Shown here piece by piece: positions 38,280 through 50,927 of a stretch of 64,000 nucleotides of DNA. The stretch's first letter is position 1; every line of letters starts with the position of its first letter. Made by a program: the position numbers and the translations under genes. The notes under the pieces were generated by a model. That model searched no databases and was not told where the DNA came from. It saw only the letters and a program-made list of their open reading frames with translations. Origin of the DNA: Oopsacas minuta (Eukaryota; Animalia; Porifera). The stretch lies in NCBI GenBank assembly GCA_024704765.1, contig JAKMXF010000364.1:1-64000 (forward strand). Direction: 5' to 3'.

Positions 38280-38494
38280 TATATACCTTTAATACCTTAT
38301 ATACCTTAATATAACGTATAATACGTCTGAGGAGATCACATATAACGTATAATACGTATTATACGTAATTCGCGTATTAAACAACTTAGCTTTTATCTCT
38401 GTAGTGCCGCTTCTCGACCCTGTTCTATCAGTTATGTGCATTTCTTTAATCTACCTCTCGATTTCTCCTTTTTTATACTTTCAATTAGCTTGTC

Positions 38495-41345
38495 ATGCCC
38501 AACAGGTGTTCTGCCCCTGATGTCGGAGTAATTACGCAGGAGGACCTTATATTCCAGTATTTAAGTTGCCAAATGGTCCACCTGATTTTGTTAATTGTTG
38601 GCTTCGAGCGCTCTGTAGAGAAGGTATCAGAGACTTAAAGAATGTGTTTGTGTGTGCTCAAAACATTTCCTCGACGAAGAAATTCAGATCAGTTTATCAA
38701 TCCATCAACCAGATGGAACATACTTAGAAGTACCAGCTAAGCCTAAATTGCAGAAGGATACAGTGCCAAGATTTCTACCTGGATGTCCACTTTATCTCTC
38801 TTCATCTGACACCATACCTCCGAGATTTGATAGATCTTTGAGAGAACAGCATTTTGTTGATACTGCAATAAATGAGAGTCTATTACAGTATAACCAAGAC
38901 AAAGAACTTTTCAGAATTCCACACTGGAAGACTTGGTATCCAAAACGAAGCACTCGGTTTGCCTAATCATTGGTTCGTTTGGTCTTCTGATGATAATTCC
39001 TTTAATTTACTCAAACCTTCTATAACGAATAACAGTTTGATTGCAATTCGATGCTCGTTAACTATTACCAAAACATTACATACTATTGGTTTCTACGAAG
39101 GTATACGCATTCCTCTTTCTCTCACTAAGATAGATGATATTCGTCAACTTAACGATTTGCTCAAAGAAATTGAAAACCATTCTGCCCCTACTAATTCTCC
39201 TGAAACATTCCAACACCATGTCAGAGAAGCAACCGGAAGCATTCGTAAAGCTATAGACTCTCTTTCAACTGGAGAAGAATCTGGAAACCAACAGCCTCTA
39301 TTATCAAGTCTTCAGTTTATTCTATACCAATTGGATAATACTTTGATCGCGAAAACTATGAGGCAATACAATATCGAAACTCTTGTCTTGTCCCTCAATG
39401 CCAACTTATCTCGCCAGTTTGTTATAGATATCTTCAATCCATGGACTGTCTATCATTGCCGCACCTTTCTACTCTAGAGCGCTTATATTCCAAATTTTGG
39501 TTTGGATTCTGTGTTTAAGAACTAACTCAAACAATCAGTCACTCAGTTAAACAAATGGGAACGAAATGTAATGATTCAGATGGATGATATTCATGTAAAA
39601 TCTACATTTACAAACAACGGAGGTAAGAAAATTGGATCTTCTTTGAATCCTACTGATCCTGCAAAAACCGTTTTTGCCTTCATGATATCAAGTTTGTCCA
39701 AACGATGGTCCAGTATTATCCGTTTACTGCCCTGTTCGAGCTCATCTGCCGAGGTACTCTTTCCTATCATCAAAGATGTTATTCGTGATGGTGAAGCATG
39801 TGGACTCTCTGTACACATTTTATGTACTGATAATTACCCATTGAACGTTAACATTTTCAAGTTATTTTCTCCAAGCCGACTTCTAGAGCATATTGTTCCT
39901 CATCCTATGGACTCAAACAGGCCATTGTTTTGCTTTTTGACTTCGTTCACATAATCAAATCGATACGTAATAACTGCCTAAACTAAATAGATTATAATAA
40001 AACATTCACTTATCCAGATTTTTGAGAACATACAAGTTGCGAGTACTGCAATTTTCGAAGAAATTCGCAAATTATATAAAAGTGACCAACACTCTGTTGC
40101 TAAATTAGCTCCATGATTAACCTCTAAAGGTGGTTGGCCTTCCACTTTAGAACGACAAAATGTTTCTTTAGCTTTAAGGATATTTGATGAATCTACAGCC
40201 GCTGCATTAAACGTTAGCCACCAATCGCGATACTACACTTCTACAAATTCACAGACTGCAGACATTATCGCCATTATTTGTTATGTTTGGAAGATATTCA
40301 ACATCAATACTCCGAACAAGGGTATCCTTCACAAAGATGAATCTTCAGTTCCACTTGCCTACAATGATACCAGATTTATGTTCCTTCAACGTGTAGTTGA
40401 TTGGGCTGAATGTTGGCGTGTCATGCCTGACAAAAGAGGCAAATTCAGTCCTCAAACCTTTACAAGTTTTCGTCACTCTTGCATTAGACTCCCATGCATT
40501 GTAAACCATCTGACTGGATATTGTGGTTATTCGTACGTCCTTTCTTAGTTCTTGCAAAATGATCCCCTTGAGCATCATTTTGGCTTGCATAGGATGTTGT
40601 CAGGAGCACAATACCACATTAGCTATGCCAGGTCCTTTAAACAGAACGGAGAATAAATTTGTCCAGCATACTCAAATTATTTTCGAAAAAGCCTGTAGAA
40701 GATAGCATATCACTTAAGAACTTCATAGGATCGTGCTCATCCTCTTGTGACCAAGACTCCCATGCGTCTTTCAGCTTGGAGATGTATCTCTCGGCGATTC
40801 AGGGATATTCAGGGCTAGAATTAAACAAGCAAATACTCCAATCACTCTCTTTTATAGCAGGAGGCTACTCAGTGCATGCCTATTACAAATTCTTTACTAA
40901 ATGTCAATCATGTCTCTTATTCCTCAATGAATACAAAGACATGGAAATTGAAGAACCTTCAGATTCTGAATATCGATTAATTCAGATAATCGACCGAGGC
41001 TCACTAAAATGGTCAAGTAGTGATGTCATAGATGTAATTATTACGCTATGGAAAGTATTCTCTTCTATCGAGAGTCAACTAAGCATATTCAATAACTTTA
41101 GAACCGGTCCTTCTAGAAGTATCCTGATACAGTTAACAACAAGTCTTATAGAAGATGAACAAGCTGAAGTATGGAGAGTGATGTGTGACGGATGTAGTAC
41201 ACTCATGTGGGGTGTATTAGCTAAACTATTGATCGCTACTTCAAACTGTCTTGTATCAAATAAGATTAAGAACATGAATTCCCAGCTACCCTTGAAATCA
41301 TGTGTCGAAAATACTCGAAAATTAAAGAAACTGAAGCCTAATTAG
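38495..41345 (+). pseudogene. THAP-domain P-element (THAP9-like) transposase pseudogene
   Basis: MPNRCSAP-CRSNY...VFKLP...W...VCSKHF (THAP), QMDDIHVK, CTDNYPLN, FDFVHIIKSIRNN, QNDPLEHHFGLHR, DRGSLKWSS. Multiple frameshifts. Confidence 0.92.
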
Positions 41346-41704
41346 CTTATCATTTACCGCTTTCATATGCGTATCTTTTATTATTTTGTACCATTATCAG
41401 GCACTCGCTATTTGAAATATACTTAGCAATAAATCCAATAATAGTTTCTTTCATGGGTTCACATTTTAGTTAATTTTCTCTACTATAACATTTATTGTAA
41501 AAATAAGGACTTAAATGCATCCTTTGCCTTTAAAATCGCTTAAGAACAATTTTAATTTCACGATTTGGGTGAATACCATCAAATACATAATTATTTGAAA
41601 TAATATTTGATGGACTTACACGATATCTATGGTCCAAAAGTCGCACTAGTGAACAGGCTTTATTATAACGTAAGTTACGTTTAATGCTATTTTTATGTAA
41701 AACA

Positions 41705-42071
41705 TTAAAATTTGACATGATAAAGTTGGGTAAATTCCTGCCGTCCCATGGATGGCTATTTAAGGAAAATTCATTGTAACTCAGAAGGTTTAAATGTTTT
41801 CGCCAAATAAGTCATGCCAATACCAAGAATATACCTGACCTCCCATACTATAATAATATATTTGACATGATATTTCTACTCAGTATGACGTAATCTATGT
41901 TATACCCATATATGGTCATAATCAAATTACGTCATAGTGAGTGGACATGTCTTATCAAAGGTATTGGCCTGACTTATTTGGTGAAAACATTTAAAGCTTC
42001 TCAGTTGGTTTATTTAATATGCCATCCATTGTACCTCAATAATTTGCCAAACTTTATCATGCCAAATTTTT
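41705..42071. mobile_element. Foldback-like MITE with ~125-bp imperfect arms
   Basis: aaaatttgacatgataaagttgg...gttttcgccaaataagtcatgccaatacc is mirrored by ggtattggcctgacttatttggtgaaaac...ccaaactttatcatgccaaatttt. Confidence 0.75.
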
Positions 42072-45000
42072 AATTTGTATAACAATGTCATTAGATCATT
42101 GAGTATGAATTCTGAAATCTTATTTGTTGGGATTGATGAAATATATGTCGTTTAATATGTAATACATTTATTCAGAACAAAACTTGATGCTTTCGAAATC
42201 TTGAATATCAAATTTATTCTAATGAACTCAAGTTTCAGGTTCCGAGCGCCTACAGTCCTTATTTCAAGGAGTCTATGGTGATAACAGATAAATTTTATAC
42301 ATTTGTCAATCATAAATTACTTCATTTGGCAGACAGATACATGCATTTTCGAACACATGTTTCTAAACACTGATTATTTTATTTTGTTCACCATTTTTAA
42401 TTCGGGAGAGCCTTACCGCGGATTAGTGTCAGCATTGGTCCTAGATGTTGTTCTGACGTCTGAGTAAACTAATGATTGTCGGTCAAAATCTTACAATTTT
42501 CACATGCATACATGATACATGCATCTGCCAGACAATAAAGCGAGTCATTTTTGTTTGAAAAATGCAGCGTCCCCAAAAAATTGAATGTACTATTTCGTGT
42601 CATAGTTGAATATGCTTCAAATTGCATTTCATGGTAATAAAAGGTAGAGTCTACTGATTAAGTTTGCAAAAAGGCATGTTGTTTGACAGATTTATTACCA
42701 TGACAGTTTCACTACCTTACATGACAGAAGTATGACCCTTTAATCATGACATGAAATCGTATAACTCAACTCTTAGATCTTATCACACTGACAATAATGC
42801 ATTTCAATGGTTTCTTTGTTCTGCTCTAGAGTTATATTACGTGGCTAGGTATAAGTAAGATACTTTCATATTTTGCATGAATTGTTTCTTCCCACGTATT
42901 TTCATACCGAAATTGGACTGAGTTCGTTGTGTCGGATGGTCAATTAATTGTCTACCGTATCTGTTGTAATCCATCAAATTCATCAAATGAGTAATCATGT
43001 TGAAACACGTGGATGGAGTGTGGAAATAATGATTAGTATCTACAAACTTGATTGACACTGACCAGCTGTTAAAACCTCTTCCATTTTTTTCAATATTATG
43101 AAAAGGTGTGAGATATGATTAATCATTTGATAAATCTGTTAATTTTTAATTTGAGGCCATGAAAATCCCAAAATTAAACTCGTTTCATATAATTGCCCCT
43201 GACTACATGTTGAAAACTGATCTATAGCATGCTTTTGAATTTACATAGAAATATGTGATAATCTGATCAATCACCAAAAACTTTTAAATGTTCACTTTTA
43301 TTAGATATTTATACCCGATATGCACATTTCTGATCCAAATGTAGATTAGACCAATTTTCATCTTTCTCGGGTTCCTAGATTTCTCACGACCGCGCGGACG
43401 TACGTCGCACATCCTCCATGCATAAGGATATGCATAAGAGCTGCAATAAAATTACCTAATTGGTGGTGATAAATTTATATTAAAAAATGGCCTTCCTCTG
43501 CCTACGGCGCTTTTAAGTGAAATAAGGAATATGTAGGCATTCATACAGGTTTATGTTGTAACGACCTATATTTTTGCTAAGAGTTAAGCTCAGCTAGCAT
43601 AGAATATACTCGGGGTTAAACTGGTCCGCTACATCGTAATACTTCACAGTTACAACTCACATAAGTTCTGTCCGATATTGAAAATAAGTTATTATCAGAG
43701 ATTAGTGTGAAAAACATTATATTTTAGATTAAGATAGAGCGAAGAGAGCTGAAATATGAATCTCATGATCAACTCAACAAAGCTCTCGCTGTTACTCGTG
43801 ACCTAAGCTTAGGATACTCGTGAAATAACTAAAATTACCAATTTTGTGATTCTTTCGCGGTCATGGTTTGTAACGTGGACTGCCTGTTGACAACTCCTGC
43901 ATTAGGGAATATCCCTATGGGAGCTCCACTAAAAAATGTATATTCACGAAAATTTTATCAAGCCATGGAATTTTCATTGACATACGTGATGTGGTGCAAT
44001 GAGATGTATGTATACTATATACTATTCCGTACTAATTAACTTAAGTGTATATCTTTATTATTATCAGCAATTTATTTGTACTAGCGCGCTTTGCCTGCTA
44101 GATCGCTGTGGGAGAGCGCAGTGCCTCAGATTAGATTAAGTATTTAGCAAATATTCCTTAGTATTTGGTCGCTCTGTGACTGGTTAACTCGGCACTTCGT
44201 GCCTCGGATATATAACATAGCAGAAACTTTAAGATTTTATTATTCACGGTCCATCCAAATTACACTCAAAGTGTTCTGTAGTAACACTGAAATGTTGTGC
44301 TGCTTTTGGTTAGTAAACTAGGCACTTTGTGCATTAGGTATCAAGAAATTCTGAAATTTGGAAAATTTTGTTATTTTTGTACAGACTGATGACGAAACAA
44401 TCCCATGATGTAATACCTTTGGTCGAATCATGACATCTAGACAATTGTCACGTTGATGATTAATTTACTTTGTATTTGTAGATTATGTTAGTATGGTAAT
44501 ATTGCATAAATATTTGCACATATTAATGTGGTCATAAACTATTTCGAAATATCTAACAAAATTATAGCATACTATTTTTCAATTCCTATATCATTGCTAA
44601 CCCAGGGGAATTACCCAATCCAACAATAAAGGAGTACCTCAATATACCTTAGAACAGCATTCAAGTAGGCACACCAAATCCAACATCCATGAGTAATTAC
44701 TTAATATGTATACGTATATGGGGGACCATTTGGCGGGGGATATCTGTTATAAAAGTTCCACCAGTATTTATCTAGCCACATCCTCAAGCGATGGTTCCCC
44801 TTCCTGAATAATGAATCAGAATCAAATCACCATGGGATATTCTTAACTCCTCTGAGGGGGAGTATAAGCAGTTAGCTTCATGTTAAACCCCCAATGCCCT
44901 GGCGGCCCATTTGTAATACCGGGTACTAGCCCACAACAAATTTTCTGTCATAATCTTGTCTCTCCAGGAGCGCAGTTTCGTATGTAGGTCAAGGGTTCAC

Positions 45001-48000
45001 GGACTATTTGATTGAAGGTAACTCTGGTCTGTTAAAGATACGGCCCTATTAACTGACTGAATTGCCCTGGGATATTGTGAACAGGCAGCCCAAGTGTATG
45101 CCATGAAGTTTCTGACCCCTATACCTGTAACAGGGCATATGCATCCCATGCGATTGTTTCTGCTACTTTCGGGTAATAAAGATTGTTTTTTCGAATTTCG
45201 CATTCACAAGTTCCACTTTTGTAAATATACTTGTTGTTTTATGAATATAGACCAAAAAATAGATGAAATATCAATAAACTCGTAGAGGTAGGGCGTTTAA
45301 ATGCAATATAGGGGTAATCGAGTAGGTTGACTCCGAATCACGCACTTTCAAGTTTCTCAAATGTAAATATATTTGTTGTTCTTCTGAATATACAGTGAAC
45401 AAAGATTTGGTACTTAAATATGCGTCACTAACTCTTAACGGCTAAAATGTGGTAAGTAGAGTTCGTCTATTAGCAATTGCATTATTAGCAAGATTCACTT
45501 ATTAGCAAGTTTGTGTAGGGTCGTAATGTCCCAAAATGCATTAATTTTGTTCGTATATTAGCAAGAACTTGTTATACGAGATTATTCTGTAGTATAGTAG
45601 TAAATCTAATTACATTATTCAATTTGAGGAAATTGTGGTTAGTTTGAATTAAGTAGAAAGCCTTCTCGTAAGTGTACTACAATAGCCTTAAGGATATGTA
45701 TTATATTATCATATACATCTATATACCTGTACATACAACAATAGTATTTATCAAATTGATTGAGTTACTCTATTAGGAAGTTTTCTCGTTTAAAACCCAA
45801 CTTGCTAATAAGCAAACTCCACTATAACAAAGTACACTGAATCCTAATTTCGAAAGTCCAAATTTCTCTTATGTTAATATATTGTGTGTTTTGTGCATAT
45901 AAATGAAACAAATAATTGAATGAATTATTTCTCAATTTCATTTTTCCATTTTATACCTTGCCAAATTTGAGTCTACTCCTTGAACTCGTAGAAATATATA
46001 TTTACATGGATACATGTGTATGCCGCGGAATACTTTATTAAAAGATTTTGTTTTCGATGAATTTCTACGTAATTTTAAAATATAATAGTTTAATAATAAA
46101 TTTCAGGACTGTATCATCTCATTTTGAGTTGGGATATAACTATTTTTTGTCTAGCAACTCTTTCAAGTCAGAAAAATTATGAGTTGATTTACCAACTCAC
46201 TTTCATAACCAAGAGTTGAACACGAAATAATGAGTTTCAAACATTATGACTGGTGCATTGCTGTTACGTCGGAAGCAAATTACATTGTTACATCTTTTCA
46301 CTTGATGATTCCCAATTTTTGTAACAGATAATGTACCAACTTTTCATATCTTCAGGCCCTATTTGCGTTATCAACTCATTCTACTCATTTACTCGATTAC
46401 TAGCAACTCATTCAACTCAATCAAGAAAATGAGTTGATACAGCCCTAATTACTGCTTATCTCAAATTAGTCAATAATTTAATAATAATAAAGATGGTTGC
46501 ATTTTACACTATTGGCATTTAAATTACAATACAAATGATCTCAAATTACTGTCTGTGTCGATTTATCAACTTAATTTTCGTGGATTATTGAATTTATGCT
46601 ATTCTACTAAAGATCCATTTTAGCAAAGAAAGATAAAATCGAACTTTTATGATCTTATTAGACATTTAAAATGTTATGCAAATTCTACGTCAATATTTAT
46701 CCATTTATAAAGTGGAACCTAATCTCGAAGATAATTTTGAAATGTTCACCAAAAGTTATGAAATTCTGATTAATCATGTGATAAATGAGTGTATGTATAC
46801 TTAATAGAGTGTATTGCCCAATAGAATTGCAGTCCACATCAATATACGTAAATAGCTTACAGCGGTCATTCAATCATATGTAAACACAGAAGCAAATTTT
46901 ATCCATTTATTCCTAATTGTAAGACTCTATAATCTGATTGGGCTACGAAACAGAGGTGTCAAAAGAAGTTTAAATATACACATGAGAAATTTCCCAAATG
47001 TCAGGTGCACAACTAGATGTCACTACGAGTACATATGCAAGATTTGGTGTCTTATTCTCTTAAGGTGTCAACTGCAGAGCGAAAACATACGTATAGATAT
47101 ATATGTATGTATAAGTAGATATATGAATATCGATATATACTAAGTCAACCATTTTAGATCTGAGCCACTATGCTACGTAATAGTATTAGTCGGCACAGTA
47201 AGATGTAATTATTGAGAACTATCAGAGCTCGGCCTCTGGTTGGATTTCTGCTAGATTCTGTGTGGAATGTCTTATGGGGCCCCTGGTCTTCATGATTGTC
47301 TGTTGGAGTTTGCGAATGCTGTATGCCTGAAGGACGTCTTAGTGAACAATCAACAAACTAATCACATTGCTTCGGTGCTTTCGTTTGTGTAATTTTCATG
47401 TTGTAGTTATTTTGAGTTTTGAAATTGTCCGTTATAAGGATTGCAAACACTCTTTGTCTGCCGAAGCAAACAAATGGTTTAGGTTAGGGTCTAGAATATA
47501 GGAAATTATAATTTGGGGAGAGAGCTACAGAGACTTTAAGTTTTGAAGAATATTTAGTTGTCCATATGTAATTCCAGTGGGTTGATATGTTGCTAAGTTT
47601 AGCTCCTATTTGTATTCCATGTGTGGTGTGAAGGTCCAGTTCTGTTATCGTATAAAATGAATTCAATTTAATAGGAAATTGCTGTGTTGCTTTTTAGATG
47701 ACGTATTATCCTTGTTTAATACTTAATACCTACTTAAGTACTTTTTTAGGAAATCGTTTATTGATCAATAAGATCATCAGCTGAATTATACAATAATGTT
47801 ATGGCCTCAGGAACAGCTTAGTTCTAATTCACTTTCCAATGCAACAGTTATAATTCATTGGTTAAGAAATAGAATCATTTTGACAAAACTTATGTAAGTA
47901 TTTCTATCTCTCTTATACAATTAAGGCATATTAAGTATTTGAGGCTTTCATTAGTAGTCTGCTGGTAATTTACTTCGCCCAATGATTCTTTCCATTAAAT

Positions 48001-50664
48001 ATGGAAAAATAGATCGGTTACAGGTGCAATTTGATTTAGTCAAACATTATAGCAATAACTGATATGCGAGCATGAAAAGCCGCTTCGCTTGTTAGCGCTA
48101 TGCGACTTCTGCAAACAATTCGCGTTCTTAGAATTTGCCCTTCGGGCGCCTCTAAAATATGTACATACTAACTGGTAACTACATGACTGATAATAAATTA
48201 GTTATCCAATCGAATTCGTTTTATGCTATGTATTATTTTATTATTCAATAAAATTACAGTCTCAGCTAATAATTACGATCAATTACAACTTGTATTCAAT
48301 CAATTAAACTAATACATAAGATTGTCCGATATTTAATCAAACTATTAAACCAATTCGATATAGCGGTTATATAGGCTACTTAATGCTTAAAATATTAATT
48401 CACAATATAGTTACATGTTTATCCAATTGGCGTTTGAAGAATTCTGCGAAATTGGAACAAGAGATGAATTATTTGCCGTAAAATTAAATTGTGTTTGAGC
48501 TTAACTTATGATAGGACTGGATATTTCCAATTGGTAAAGCCTCAAATCTGAGATGTCAATACATTTTGGCACCTCTCTCATAGAGTTTACAAGATATTGC
48601 TAAGATGACATAATATCATGGGTAAATCCCAAAAATTCTCAAATTTTTCGAATATTCCAAATATACGCAGGTTTTTTAGATTACCCTAAATATACTCAAG
48701 GGACTAATCAAAAATTAAATATCCCGGTTGAATCGGGAGATGAATGTTTATAACATTATATTGTTACTATTGGGCAGCATGATATTTTACATCAACTTGG
48801 GTAGCAAAGTGTAATTTTGTTCTTACATTGAGTTAATTTCTGGATGTTTGTGAACCTTGAATAATGAAAGAAATTGTTCGGAAAACTGTGGGATTCGGCT
48901 TCACTCTAATTCGGCCTATGAACGAATTCAGCCTAAAAAGAATTGGAGAATGATCACTGAAGACATTCCAATCAAAGGTATCGTCCTATATACATACTAT
49001 CATAGCTTCATTTATCTCCTTTTCCCCTCAAATCATTCCTCTGCTTACTAAATACGGCCAAAACACTTGTCCTTTGTCCTTATGTATTCCTTTATCACCT
49101 TAGACCCTTCTACAACCAAGTGCACTTGAAATCTAATCAAATCCTCTCTAGCATTCTATCTGGAGAAGTTTGCTCTAGACGGCTTTATTGTCAGTGGCTC
49201 AGTGAGCCTGAATACTCTAGGCCAAATTCAATCGTCGGACGAATCGCCAGGATACCATTGTGTGCACATGTAATAATCTCGAAATTATTTATTTCGTCGT
49301 ATATGAAACTTGAGGACTTCGTGATCATATGTATACATAATTTCTGTCATCATACAACATTTCCAAACTTCTGAACTTTCATTACTGTATGTAAAATTAC
49401 ACTTAACTGCACGATTCGATATAAATTTATTCGATCTCGGATCAGACATATATCATTCTTCCCTACAGTAGCAATATAATGTTTACAAACTTGTATATTC
49501 CCTATTCAGACTGTGGTATTGATTTGATTAGTCCCTTGAGCATGTTACACATTATTTACAAATACTTGAGTATAGTATAAATGATTTATAAAAACTTGAG
49601 TATATTTGAAATTGTTTTCAAAAACCTGAGAATATTCAGAATATCAATTGAAAGTTGAGTAAGAACTTGACTAGTCTTGAGTATTATAAACGATTTCAAA
49701 AGACTTGACCATTTTTATGATTTACCCATAATATCAAGCTAGATTAATCACAAATCTATGCAGATTGCAAGTTTCAAGTATGTATCTCTTACGAATTCTC
49801 CAACCAATTTGACAAAACCAAAAAAACTTCATAGAGATTTAATTATATAAGATTCAACACATTTCCCACCTTTACAATAAATTACGAACTTATACTAGAA
49901 AATTGTTACGAAAAGCTTTCTGGGTAATCAATCTCGTAGAATTCAAATTTACTATTTATAGCAGTCTAATACAGATACATACATGAAATTGCGCAGAGAC
50001 GTAGTAGTCGCAAGCTCCATGACGCAAAGGTGCATTTCACATGAAATAGCAGAACTACGTACGAAGTGCGAGCTCAGCGATTGCCATCCAAGCCTTACCT
50101 ATTTCAACTAGTACCATACATCAACTCGTCCATAATCAACTCGTCACTGATATCAGTACGTCCCTAGTCAACTCATAATCGAAGGGGTAAAATCTGCTGA
50201 TCAACAGCTGGAGACTTGTGTATAACTAGTACAAGAAAATCTCTGGGCCCACAAGCAATAGGAAATACTCTAAGACAACATCGAGTGAGTGTAAATAGGT
50301 ATCGGCAGAAATAATAGGCACGAGTTGACCGCAGAAAGATTACCAGTTAACCATAATAATAGACATATAATGCTTGAAAATGCATAAGCTGACAACAATT
50401 ATAATGGGCGAATTGACTGATATTTATTGAAATAACTGACTAAAATGATTACTCTTCCGGGCTCCAGTCCTTAGGACAATCTATTAGCGAAATCTTGCCC
50501 CACATATCTTTAACTTTAACCCCCCCACTGATAACTCGTGTCTACGCCCCTGCTAAGTTGTTTAAATGGTCTTTCAATGAAGACTTATTACGTGTAAGAG
50601 TATTTTAATACTTATTAAAATTTAATCCATAATCTTTAGAAAGATATCCACTATTAACTTATTC

Positions 50665-50927
50665 CAGAGGCGTTGTTGAGGTGGTGCGCAGTGGTGCGCA
50701 TCATTTGCACTTTTTTTAGACTAATGTAGGATATAAATAGTAAACGATGCAGTTTATTCAATATATTTAATCTCTGAATGGTTTCAGACGCTAATGGTTA
50801 GGTTTGAAACAATCTATGGTATAGTTAATTCTCTAGAGCTCAATGACAAAAAATACTTAAATACCTGATACAATTCACCACTGCTAGCACCAGTTCACCA
50901 GCTGCGCACTACCTGGCTACTCCACTG
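50665..50927. mobile_element. Probable hAT-type MITE
   Basis: CAGAGGCGTTG...GTGGTGCGCA start and GCTGCGCACTACCTGGCTACTCCACTG end. TSD only partly matching. Confidence 0.45.

Larger units (their letters stand above)
35648..38389. mobile_element. Small non-autonomous element (~260 bp net) with 8-bp TSD, split by the Ginger insertion
   Basis: TIR CTAGGTTGTTTAATACG / CTAAGTTGTTTAATACG. Perfect 8-bp TSD CTTTTATC at 35640-35647 and 38390-38397. hAT versus P affiliation is unresolved. Confidence 0.85.
35340..41679 (+). mobile_element. P-superfamily (THAP9/Galileo-like) transposon with long TIRs, carrying nested insertions
   Basis: Inverted repeats 35340-35492 and 41528-41679 (cgtgacctacgttataataa... 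/ cgtaacttacgttataataa...). 7-bp TSD TTTGATG / TTTAATG (6 of 7 match). Encodes THAP plus a P transposase. Confidence 0.85.

Noticed and set aside
47190-47340. Caspase-like motif RGRALIVLNN on the minus strand
   Set aside because: No following caspase His/QACRG motifs and the frame closes within about 20 codons.
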